This document shows positions 1 to 11,372 of a stretch of DNA of 43,213 nt, piece by piece. Source of the DNA: Octopus bimaculoides (lineage: Eukaryota); NCBI RefSeq assembly GCF_001194135.2, contig NC_068983.1, positions 80,432,633-80,475,845 on the forward strand. The letters are read 5' to 3'. The notes under the pieces are model-generated. The model worked only from the letters and a program-made list of their open reading frames with translations. It was not told the DNA's origin and did no database searches. Positions within the stretch are counted from its first letter, which is position 1. Each line of letters begins with the position of its first letter. The position numbers and the translations under genes are program-made.

Positions 1-106
1 TAATAAGGGGATAACAGGCCCACCAAGGACTAATAAAAGCCATATATAAAATTTATGAGAAAAAAAGATACACACACACACACATACATACACACACACA
101 TATATT

Positions 107-1337
107 TTGGGTCATCCCATAAATAGAGGAGGACAGGGTAAACTTCCTGCATTAACTTGCTATAAAAGCAGGTAGTAATTTTACCTTGTACTTATTCTTA
201 GTGCAAGTTTTGAAGAGTGCAGTTTGATTTTAACAGTTATTTTTTCAAAGCCATAATGGAAGTGACAAAGAAGCATATATGGCATATTCTACTTTATGAG
301 TTAAATAAAGGCAACAATGCAATAGAAAGTGCAAGGAACATTAACGTAGTATATAGGGAGCAGACAATAAGCATAAGCCAGTTGCAACAGTGGTTCCAGA
401 AATTCTGAGCCAGAAACTACAGCCTAGGAGATGAGCCTCATCGTAGAAGATCTGTAGAGCTTGACAAGGATGTTCTGCAAACCCTGGTGGAACAAAATTC
501 CATTGTAACTGTTGAGGAACTAGCAGAGAAGCTTGGATTTGGTCATCCAACCATTCATCGACACCTGCATGCCATCAGAAAAGCCAGCAAATTGGGGTCA
601 ATGGGTTCCTCACAAACTTTCCGAGTTTAATTGTGTGCAGAGAGTGAATGTGTGCTCTTCTTTGCTGTCACATCTCATGAATTAACCATTTTTGGACTGA
701 ATAGTGACTGGTGATGAGAAATGGGTTCTCTATAAAAATGTCAAGTGCCAAAGACAGTGGATAAGGAAAGGAGAAACACTAGCACCCTAGGCTAAAGAAG
801 GTCATCAACCACATAAGGTGTTATCTGTTTGGTGGGATATGAAAGGTTTAGACCACTTTGAACTTTTAAACTCAAACCACATGATAACAAAGGAGATCTG
901 CTGCGAGCAGCTTAAGTCAGCACTTGAAGAAAAATGATCATCTTTGGTTTCAAGATGAAAGGTGTTCTTCCATCAAGATAATGCTTGGCCACATACAGTG
1001 AGGATAACATTCCAAAGGCTGGAGCAGCTTGAATGGGAAATGATGCCCACCCACCATATTCACTGTACATTTCTCCATCTGATTATCATTTATTCTGTAG
1101 TCTTCAGAATCATTTGGATGGAAAGTATATGAATTCTGTAGACATGGTCAGAACAGTACTGGAGGAGTATTTTTTATGACAGACAAGTGAATTTTGGGAA
1201 AGAGGCCTTGCAATAGATAGAAGAGCATTGTAGAAAACGAAGGAGAGTATATTTTAGATTAAAAAAGAACTTTGTTTATCTTAATTTGGAAAATAAAAGA
1301 AGTATAAAAAAACCACATTATTTATGGGATGACCCAG
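107..1337 (+). mobile_element. Mariner (D,D34D) DNA transposon, full length but decayed
   Basis: An 18-bp inverted repeat, tgggtcatcccataaata (108-125), is mirrored at 1319-1336, followed by TA at 1338-1339. Length is about 1.23 kb and it encloses a disrupted transposase. Confidence 0.95.
256..1262 (+). pseudogene. Mariner transposase pseudogene
   Basis: Manual translation across stops and frameshifts gives MEVTKKHIWHILLYE (HTH region), WVPHKL, IVTGDEKWVLY, FHQDNAWPH and HPPYSLYISPSDYHLF. There are 34 residues between the 2nd and 3rd Asp after correcting a 1-nt deletion. It ends EGEYILD*. Confidence 0.93.
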
Positions 1338-1386
1338 TATACACAATGTGTATATGTATGTATATATATGTATGTATGTATATATA

Positions 1387-1749
1387 NNNNNNNNNNNNNN
1401 NNNNNNNNNNNNNNNNNNNNNNNNNNNNNNNNNNNNNNNNNNNNNNNNNNNNNNNNNNNNNNNNNNNNNNNNNNNNNNNNNNNNNNNNNNNNNNNNNNNN
1501 NNNNNNNNNNNNNNNNNNNNNNNNNNNNNNNNNNNNNNNNNNNNNNNNNNNNNNNNNNNNNNNNNNNNNNNNNNNNNNNNNNNNNNNNNNNNNNNNNNNN
1601 NNNNNNNNNNNNNNNNNNNNNNNNNNNNNNNNNNNNNNNNNNNNNNNNNNNNNNNNNNNNNNNNNNNNNNNNNNNNNNNNNNNNNNNNNNNNNNNNNNNN
1701 NNNNNNNNNNNNNNNNNNNNNNNNNNNNNNNNNNNNNNNNNNNNNNNNN
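1387..1749. other. Assembly gap (N run)
   Basis: Run of N in the sequence. Confidence 1.
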
Positions 1750-1982
1750 AGAAATAGCAAGTATTTAACTGCTATTTCTAAATTTCGGTATGTGGTGAAG
1801 CAATTTTTGCTGAACCCTAATTATAATTATGTTTATAATTATAAAACTTTTCTATAAGTTTTACCGATAATGGTTTTTTCAACATACCGAACTACTTGGT
1901 AAAATTATTAATTAGTAATTAATTATTAATTTTTACCCTATATTTGTATATATATAATGTGTGTATATATATATTATTTTTA

Positions 1983-2066
1983 ATATAGTGTTTTATATAT
2001 ATATGTGTGCGTGTGTGCGCATGTGTGCGTGTGTGTGTGCATGTGTGTGTGTGTGTGTGTGTGTGA
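1983..2066. repeat. (TA)n/(TG)n compound microsatellite
   Basis: Directly visible dinucleotide repeats. Confidence 0.9.
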
Positions 2067-3437
2067 GTAAATGTAATCAGCTATTTCTGGGGGGAACTCA
2101 GCATTAAAGATAATTTATTTTATGATTGCTATTATTACTCATTACTCCTGTGCATCTGTCCTGTTGGAAGTCCTACCTATGATCCTATTGTATTTCTTGT
2201 GAATCTATAGTTTTACATTGGTTACACAGTGTGGTATTCCTACCAGCTCTTTTTCTATTTATGAAATATGACCACCTCCCTGCAAAGTAAAATCTTGTCT
2301 TTGCTAGATTTTCTTAACAGTCTTTCTGCTCTAGGCTTTGTTTTCACATTTTGAATTTAATTCTTTGACTAATTCAGCTATACAAACTAGGTACTTGACA
2401 AACAAAAGTTCCTCATCTTAAACTCCACTGTTATAGTCTGGAAAATTATAATAATAAACAAGAGAAGTCTGTGAACTGAGTCCTAATTAACATGTACCTG
2501 TTCAATAAATTCCTTGCTGCACTCCTGTTTTAAATTAGGAAAGGACATAGTGAGAATGCAGTGGAAAATTCGAAGAAGTCATGCATCTGATATTGATTAA
2601 CTGTTGATAATATTTACTAACAGGCTACCTGTGTTGATAAGAAAGGAAACTAGAAAATTTTAGAAATTGATTTTACTCTGGCCTTGACTTGTCTTGTTGG
2701 GAGAATAACAAATTAATTTGAAAATATATATTCAAAGCATAATATAATTATAAGAGGTTATCATCTGTTTCTAGCCCACTAATAAAGGTAATTATTAGAA
2801 AATAGAAATGAATAAACTTTAACTAAAAGTTCTATGTGTGATTATACAAATCTGTGTAAAATTTACTTAAACCTAAATGACATGAAATGAACTAATCATC
2901 TTATATTCTGTTTTTATATCGTTACTATTGGCTTACCAAAAGAATAATAATTTGCAAAATTTTATATAACTAATTATAGAAAGGTGAATATTCATGATTA
3001 TGTGACACCAATACCTGTTTTAAATCATGAGCAGTGTAAGTAAAATCAACTAACTATTACAGAAAAATGAAAAATGCTGGAGAAAAGTTGAGTGTCTTGT
3101 AAAAGCAATAGTAGCAGCAATTTTGCATGATCACCCATCACAATATACCTGATTAACAAACAGCAATAACAATTGCATGAGTAATTTCACCCGAATATAC
3201 TACCACCTTAAGATATAAGTTAATTTTAGTGATTTGAATCCAGTTATATATAATTTTAAAGATATTTGTATATTCTTTTATATTTTTCAGCCCTAAGGCT
3301 GTGGTCATACTGGGTCACTACCAGTAATTGTATGTGTGTGTGAGATTATTTATCTAAGCTAGTTAGATAGACAGATACTTAAATTGATTGATAGACTGAT
3401 AGATAGATAATAGATTGATAAATAGACAAACAGATAT

Positions 3438-3441
<4 letters not shown>

Positions 3442-3510
<69 letters not shown>
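3442..3510. repeat. (TC)n(TA)n compound microsatellite
   Basis: Directly visible, preceded by degenerate GATA repeats. Confidence 0.95.
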
Positions 3511-3514
<4 letters not shown>

Positions 3515-3774
3515 TTTTTCACTCATATTTTCAAATAGCCATTAGCTGCATCAGTTTTAGTTTATACACAACTAGACTCAACAACATTCTTTAATAGGCT
3601 CTCAAGTTTTCATTAGGATAAAATATGTACATCTGAATTTGTTATCTACTATTTTGTTCATCAAGTCTTCTGTAATAATAATAATTTCTGTTATATACTA
3701 CTTGCACCGAGGAGAATTGTGATATGTAATAAATTTAATTTAATCAAATTAATTTTAATTATTCTACCATATTA

Positions 3775-4155
3775 NNNNNNNNNNNNNNNNNNNNNNNNNN
3801 NNNNNNNNNNNNNNNNNNNNNNNNNNNNNNNNNNNNNNNNNNNNNNNNNNNNNNNNNNNNNNNNNNNNNNNNNNNNNNNNNNNNNNNNNNNNNNNNNNNN
3901 NNNNNNNNNNNNNNNNNNNNNNNNNNNNNNNNNNNNNNNNNNNNNNNNNNNNNNNNNNNNNNNNNNNNNNNNNNNNNNNNNNNNNNNNNNNNNNNNNNNN
4001 NNNNNNNNNNNNNNNNNNNNNNNNNNNNNNNNNNNNNNNNNNNNNNNNNNNNNNNNNNNNNNNNNNNNNNNNNNNNNNNNNNNNNNNNNNNNNNNNNNNN
4101 NNNNNNNNNNNNNNNNNNNNNNNNNNNNNNNNNNNNNNNNNNNNNNNNNNNNNNN
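3775..4155. other. Assembly gap (N run)
   Basis: Run of N in the sequence. Confidence 1.
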
Positions 4156-4211
4156 ATATATATAGGTGAAAAATTTGGAGGATGATTCCATGCGCTAGTA
4201 AATATAAAATA

Positions 4212-4392
4212 AGATTTGAGGTGAAAAAGCACAAAAATCTTATTTGTGTAGGTAAAGATTATTTAATCCATTACAATATGTACAGAGTTGACTGGTTTCA
4301 CTTCAAAACTGGTCAACTCTGTATATATTGTAATCGATTAAATAATTTTTACCTACACAAACAAGATTACTATGCATTTTCACCTTAAATCT
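4212..4392. repeat. Long fold-back inverted repeat (87-bp arms, 7-nt loop)
   Basis: 4212-4298 versus the reverse complement of 4306-4392 aligns without gaps at 76/87 by hand. Confidence 0.95.
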
Positions 4393-4396
4393 GTCT

Positions 4397-4410
4397 TGTG
4401 TGTGTGCGTG

Positions 4411-4442
<32 letters not shown>

Positions 4443-4554
4443 AGACAGATACATAGATGATATATATAACTACACACACACATACATAGAGTGAGAGAGA
4501 GAGAGAGAGGAAGAGAGAGAGAGGAAGAGAGAGAGAGAGGAAGAGAGAGAGAGA
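4397..4554. repeat. (TG)(TA)(CA) and (GA)n microsatellite cluster
   Basis: Directly visible. Confidence 0.9.
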
Positions 4555-7379
4555 GCAATGGAAGTGTCTTATTCTGATACTGAACATAACATTGACAGTA
4601 TTTTATGTTAAAATGTTTACTATCTATTTACTGTCCTGAGTCATCTGCTACAAGACTTTATTATTGATTATTCACCCAACAAACTGAAAACAAAGATAAC
4701 ACTTAATCATTTCATCTAAATTAGCCGTTGGAAATTTTTTTTTAGAAACACCATTTAGGGGTGCAAGGAAAAGAAGCTTTAGTAATGTAACTTACATGAT
4801 GGGATTTACCAATCTCTCAGGAAATTCTTTCTGTTTTTGATAGGAAAATATTCATGAAAGAAGTTAGTCAAAGCATCTGCCTACAGCTGACATTTTTAGT
4901 AATAGATTTGTCTGGTATCAAAACACATTTTTTCAGTCTTCTATAAAATATTCTTTAAGTATTATAAGGATTGGAATTAAAAGACACAGTTATACTTTGT
5001 TGGGTGTAGTCATTTTAAATATGAGCAGAACAAAGCCTGTATATCCCTTCAATTACACTTTTTAATTGCACTTACAATACATTTCAATTGAAACATTTAG
5101 TACATATTTTGTGATGTGTATATTCAATACTTCTCACATATTTTGTCTAATGGAAATTATTTTTCAAGAGATATAAAACAGAAAAGACTAGAAACTTCAA
5201 GAATGTGAAATGTTCTTATGATGCCAACATGATAAAAGACCGTAATTTTCATTGTTATCATCATAATGATACTAATTTTAGCATGTATTTTTCTATGCTT
5301 TGCGTGGGTCTATGATATATCTCTTTCTATAATTTTGATCATGTCAGCTCTGCTCTTTTTCTACACTATTTAGCATTAAGTTATCAGTCATTTTCAGCAG
5401 TATGCATAATCTATTCACACTACATATCTAGACCAGTCCAGTCTCGTATCCTCTACAGAGGAGCTAATATTTTTGATGTTGAACCAATTTCTCAAAACAA
5501 TTAACATTCACTTTTTCTGTTGATGATGTAAAAAATATTTTCAAATGTATTACTTGGTACAATATCAATCTTAAAAAGTTTCCACATGCAGCTGGTTTTA
5601 CCATATCTTGAATTTAAAGATGAAACTTTTTCAAAAGATTTTCTGAAAGCTTTATTATTTATGAAATAAAGTTGAAACAGATGCTGCTTTTTCTTCACAT
5701 CAAAAACAATTCAGTATTTTGTAATTTACGTGAAATTCATTTAAATCTTCTTTTCTAATAAACTTTTAGCTACATAATCCAAGACAGAATTTATTTGTAT
5801 AAAGAACACTGTTACTTCAATATATTCCTACAAATATGAATAAAGTAATAATTGTATTTTTCTAAAATGTGTAAAATTTAATACCTACAGTTTAACAAAA
5901 AATATCATTTTTGAAATTAATAAAAAGAAAAAATAAGACATTCTGAAATTTGACAAAGGCTCATTTCATTTTAATATTTTGCCTCAAGATATCATTACAA
6001 AATAAAAGGCTACTTTCTTATACTGAAACAGGAATTTCATTAATCTTTGAAGTTTTTCTTGCTCTGAAAATAAGATATTGAAATATTCTATTAAAATTGA
6101 AAAACTGCTGAAAGGTAATCATTTCTATGAAGGTTTCAGTTGTTAAATAAAAAAGGTGTTTGTATCCATGTATTTTTTGTTGCTTTTTTTTTTACTGTTT
6201 GTAAACTTGATATTAGCATATCCAAGATATGATGAGATTTTTCTTTTCAACATTATTTTCTTTTATTATTATTGATAGTCAACATTTGTAACAAGCTAGG
6301 TGTTATGATTTTAATCTGATGAGATTTATTTTAAGAAAATTCTTTTACATACATATTAGCTAAATAACTATGTTAAATATTTCAATATCCTAATCTCTGC
6401 AACAGTCAAGTCAGTTTAGAAATATAATAAATCTTATATTAATTAACAATTCAACATTTCAGAAGTTATTTTGATTATTTATTATTTTGTGTCTTATTTC
6501 AGATTATTGATAGATTGTGTATGATAACAAGTATTCCTATGGAAGATATAGTTGATTTTACAGTAATTCATTTACAGAGAATTTCCAAAATATAAGGTAA
6601 AACTGAAATTAAACTATGAATTTCAAATCTTCCCTCAAAATTATTAGAAACAGCAGATAACATTGTTTAAACATCTTCATGTTATACAAACTGTTTCATT
6701 ATATAATAAAAGTTGTTTTGCTTTTGTTTCACTCTGTATTTTTGTTTTTGTTCATCGTTTGTATAAAATTGTAAAGTGAAATTAAAAATTAAAATTTAAT
6801 CAACTTTTAATATGGGTATAGACTTAAATCAAGGAACCTAAATATTTCTGCTTGTTTTTTCTATTTTACACATGAAGATGAAAGGCCAATTTTTTTTTTA
6901 CAGTTATAACTATGTATTAAGTATAGATAAAATAGTGAAATAGATTAATGGAAAGAAATGTTTCTTGGACTGCTATTATAACAGGTAAATGAATTTGTTC
7001 CTTTGGAAGGTGAAAAAAAGAATGATCATTCTTTTAGATTAAGAAAATATCAGTAAGACAAAGATAATTGTAAACTCTCTAGACATTGTCCATGTGGTAT
7101 ATAAAGACACAACTTGGGTGGTGACAATGTAGTTTGAACTACAAAATCGAACTATTCAGGAAAGATTTATACTTGATGAGTCAGAGACCTCTATCAGAAT
7201 GAAATACTCATGTTTAAACAATTCAAAAGTGTAATAAATTAGTTTGCCATAAAAAAATGGATCAGTCTAATATTTTGGGCATTGCCCTTTGTGAAAAGGA
7301 TTAATTTTCTGTTGATAACAAAATTGATGGATAGGAATTCTTCTTGTGACAAATAAATTTATGGCAATGTTTATAGTCA

Positions 7380-7740
7380 CTAATTGCTGACAAACATCCC
7401 ATTACTTTCCACAGGTTTTACTGCTATAGTTTAAGACTGGTGGTCCCTGAAAAAAGAAAGGATTTCACATGGTAATATAGGTGATTATTTATGATTGCTA
7501 ACTTGAGCATGAAAATGTTGAAGATAAGACTGATAAATTGGTAGTTGCTACTATTGAATTGTTGTTATGCTTATAGAAAAGACACATAGTTGACTGTTAC
7601 ATGTGTACAAAGAAAAGAGAAAAGTGAGAAGCATTACAGTTTGCAAAATAAAGGCTGGAATGCTGCCTGGTTCCTACTTGTTGTGGATTTCAGCTTCTTT
7701 AATGATCACAAGTGTCTATGTTTGTAATTTTTGTGGAGCC
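7380..7740 (-). mobile_element. Possible highly degraded CR1-type LINE 3' remnant
   Basis: Minus-strand fragments FQPL... and YHVKSFLFSGTTSL resemble the CR1 C-terminal LQPL and HY.xSFFPRT motifs. Weak similarity only. Confidence 0.25.
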
Positions 7741-8519
7741 TTTTTGATATGGAAAGGAAATGAATTGAAGTATCAAAGAATACTAAGCAGAGAAATGTAT
7801 ATGTGTGTAGTAGTTTAGAGTTCAACAGTATTTAAGTTAATCAAATCCTCAATCATAAATGTAACAAAATAATTTAGTTGGTACAAATTGCTAAGAATTT
7901 TTTGTTAATATGTTTTCAGTGGAGTAAGGACAGCATCTATGGCTTCTAAGATTTTTGTGAGTTATGCCATCAAAATACAATACAAACACTTACAGGTTGA
8001 TGCATGCAACATAAATATGGGCAGGAAAGAAACCTCAGTGGATGCAATCTGGAGATATATTGGGTCTGTGCAAGGTGAAATAGAAAGAAGATGAAGACTG
8101 AAGAAGTAGCAGGAATTAGGGTTAGGATTTGATGCTTATACAACTTGGTTTTCAAAGGAGAAGCCACAATTAAAACAATAGGAGAAGCAAAGAGAAGAAA
8201 CTGTAAATTTGGAAAGTCAGGAGTTGTAGCATGTCAATTAGTCAAATGATCATTTTTTTTGTAGCAGCTCCATATCCCCATAGTTTTATTATAGGTTCAT
8301 TACACCTGACCTTTGTAGAATATAACAGCTAAAGTATTTTCTAGGCAATGAGTGTATTAGATATAATTTGGGTAATATAGTGACTGCGAGGTTGATATAG
8401 ATTATGATCTGAATATTTATAGTAATGTGTATGTATGTGCACATATACACAAATAGATAGAGATATAGGTAGAGATTAGACCCGTATAATATATGTGTAT
8501 ATATATATATATATATATA

Positions 8520-8563
8520 CCCATGCCAGCATGGACAATGGACATTAAATGATGATTATGATG
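8520..8563 (+). mobile_element. Extreme 3' tail fragment of the RTE LINE/SINE family
   Basis: cccatgccagcatggacaatggacattaaatgatgattatgatg matches the tails at 10485-10513, 10940-10990 (rc) and 42765-42807. Confidence 0.8.
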
Positions 8564-10513
8564 CAGGTAATGAAAGTCCTGGGGAGGGTCATAGCCCAAC
8601 TAATTAGGGAGAGAGTCAGTCTAGATGAGATGCAGTTTGGGTTCATGCCAAGGAAAAGCACCACTGATGCTATATTTCTGGTAAGACAGCTGCATGAGAA
8701 ATACCTAGCCAAAGATAAACCTATGTACCTGGCTTTCATTGACATGGAGAAAGCCTTTGACAGCCCCAACACCCCACCGATCCCTTATCTGGTGGTCAAT
8801 GAGGAAACTAGGGATAGATGAATGGTTAGTGAGAGTTTTACAAGCCATGTACAGGGATGCTGTCAGTAAGGTGAGGGTTGGCAACTAGTACAGTGAAGAA
8901 TTCTGGGTAGGGATAGGGGTCCACCAAGGTTCAGTTCTCAGCCCCATCTTAGTCATCATAGTCCTCCAGGCAATAATAGAAGAATTCAAGACAAGATACC
9001 CCTGGGTGCTTCCCTATGCTGATGATCTTGCTCTAATTGCTGAGTCACTTTCAGAACTAGAGGAGAAGTTTCAGGTGTGGAAGCAAGGATTAGAATTGAA
9101 GGGCCAATTCAACCTAGCAAAAACCAAAGTCTTAATAAGCAGGAAAGCAGACAAACCACAAATCCCTTCAGGTAGATGGCATAGGTAGAAACTCCATAAG
9201 ATGTACCCAGTGTAAGCTATGGACACATAAGAGATGCAACAATATCAAAGGAAGGCTAACTGAGAAGATAGCTTTCCTGTGTGGAAAATGCTCAGGAGCA
9301 GTAAACACTGAAAATGCACATAGAACACCTTCCAGGGTGAAAAACTACAAATAGTTGATAGCTTCCGTTACCTAGGTGACCAAGTCAGTAGCCAGGGTGG
9401 ATGCTCTGAAAGTGTAGGTGCTAGAATAAGAATAGGATGGGCAAAGTTCAGAGAGCTCTTACCTCTGCTGGTGACAAAGGGCCTCCCACTCACAGTAAAA
9501 AGTAGACTGTATGATGCATTTGTGCAAACAGCCATGCTACATGGCAGTTTAACATGGGCCGTGACTGCTGAGGACATGCGTAAGCTTGCAAGGAATGAAG
9601 CCAGTATGCTCCGTTGGATGTGTAATGTCAGTGTGCATACACAACAGAGTGTAAGCACCCTGAGAGAAAAGTAGGACTTAGGAAGCATCAGATGTGGTTT
9701 GCAAGAGAGACGACTGCACTGGTATGATCATGTGTTGTGAATGGATGAAGACAGCTGTGTGAAAAAGTGTCACACCCTAGCAGTTGAGGGAACCTGTGGA
9801 AGAGGTAGACACAGGAAGACCTGTGATGAGGTGGTGAAGCATGACCTTCGAACATTGGTCCTCATTGAGGCAATGACAAGTGACCAAGACCTTTGGAGAT
9901 ATGCTGTGCTTGAGAAAGCCCAGCAAGCCAAGTGAGACCATAACCATAGCCTATGCCAGTGCTGTATAACCAGCCCATTTAAGAGTACCCTTCAATCATT
10001 GGGCAATAAATATGCTTGCGAAGACCTGTTGAGGCAAGTGAAATCATTGTCATGGCTGATGACAGTACCATCTGATTGGCACCCTTGCCAGTTGAATGTT
10101 AAAAGCACCATTTGAGTGTGATCATTGCCAGGGCCGCTGACTTGCTCCTATGCTGGTGGCATGTAAAAAGCACCATTCGAGTGTGATCATTGCCAGCATT
10201 GCCTGACTGGCTCTGGCACATAAAAAACACCATTAAAGTGTGGTTGTTGCCAGTGCCACCAGACTGGCTCTTGTGCAGGTGGCACGTAAAAAGCACCATT
10301 TGAGCATGGCTGATGCCTGTACCATCTGATTGGCCCTTGTACCGGTGGTACGTAAAAGCACTCACACCACTCTTGGAGTGGTTTGTGTTAAGAAGGACAT
10401 CCAGCAGTAGAAACTTTGCCAGATCAGATTGGAGCCTGGTGCAGCCTTCTGGCTTTCCATCCCTCAGTCAAACTGTCCAACTCATGCCAGTATGGAAAGA
10501 AGATGATGATGAT
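8564..10513 (+). mobile_element. 5'-truncated RTE-clade non-LTR retrotransposon (decayed RT, 3' UTR, (GAT)n tail)
   Basis: RT motifs seen across frames: QFGFMPRKSTTDAIF, AFIDMEKAFD, GVHQGSVLSP, YADDLALI and FRYLG. RTE C-terminal motifs: MLHGSLTWAV, EASMLRWMCNV, RLHWYDHV and RGRHRKTCDEVVKHDL. ORF ends at 9935, then a 3' UTR and GATGATGATGAT. Confidence 0.95.
10050..10350 (+). repeat. Degenerate ~60-65 bp tandem repeat in the RTE 3' UTR
   Basis: About 5 units sharing gcacgtaaaaagcaccatttgagtgtg...ttgccag...gactggctc. Confidence 0.75.
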
Positions 10514-10859
10514 ATAAACAAGTCTCACACATGTTTGCATATTATCTATGACTAGGCATTCTACATATTTCTCTACTTTTCAATTCACTGTCATAATGAT
10601 TTTTTTTATACATCTAATGTTAGGCATGTAGAACATTGTATATGTAACTATTAAATTGTTATGCAAAATTTGTTTGTATAATATATTCCATACTCAAATA
10701 TATACCTCATCATTTTGCATTCATATTTTACACACACACACACACATGCATGTGTGTATGTGTGTCTGTGTGTCTGTGTATATATACATGCATACATATA
10801 TATATGTGTGTGTGTGAGTGTATATATCCGAGTTTGTATGATTGTGCATAGAAGAATAT

Positions 10860-11330
10860 ATCAATCAATGAAACTCCAACTTAGTCTGATTTTCATGTTT
10901 TATTATTTACAATTGTTCCAATTTTCACAATTTTACAATCATCATCATCATCATCATTGTCATTTAATGTCTGCTTTCCATGCTGGCCAGAGTTGGACGG
11001 TTTGACTGAGGACTGGTGAGCCAGAAGGTTGCACCAGGCTCCAATCTGATCTGGCAAAGTTTCTACTGCTGGATGCCCTTCCTAACGCCAACTGTTCCAA
11101 GAGTGTAGTGGGTGCATAATCATCAGTTTGTGTAGTGACAGTTGTGTTCCACAATTGACAACTTGCACACATTTGTCAATAGTGGAACATGATTGTCATT
11201 ACATCAACCTGACAATTGCATAATGCATGAAAATATTAGCTTAATTCAATATTGTAAAACTGTAAAAATTGTAAAAATTGGAATTAATAAAACATAAAAA
11301 TCAGACTAAGTTGAAGTTTCATTGATTAAT
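10860..11330. repeat. Fold-back (palindromic) element interrupted by a LINE-tail insertion
   Basis: 10860-10905 versus rc of 11285-11330 is 43/46. Inner arms at about 11136-11161 and 11173-11198 match about 22/26. The right end abuts the N gap. Confidence 0.85.
10940..11115 (-). mobile_element. 5'-truncated RTE 3' end (LINE or SINE tail)
   Basis: Reverse complement closely matches 10365-10513. (CAT)n tail at 10940-10957. Confidence 0.9.
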
Positions 11331-11354
11331 NNNNNNNNNNNNNNNNNNNNNNNN
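11331..11354. other. Assembly gap (N run)
   Basis: Run of N in the sequence. Confidence 1.
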
Positions 11355-11372
11355 ATATATATATAAATATAA

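Noticed and set aside
1281-1857. Four long ORFs across the first N gap
   Set aside because: Open only because N codons translate as X.
3719-4234. Four ORFs across the second N gap
   Set aside because: Same N-gap artefact.
7173-7214. Second hammerhead-like string (ttgatgag...gaaatactcatg)
   Set aside because: C3 is absent, stem II does not form well, and the cleavage triplet would end in G.
7994-8065. 72-nt minus-strand exon candidate with a good acceptor and gtaagt donor
   Set aside because: Open in two frames with no recognisable peptide, no partner exons, and in repeat-like low-complexity context.
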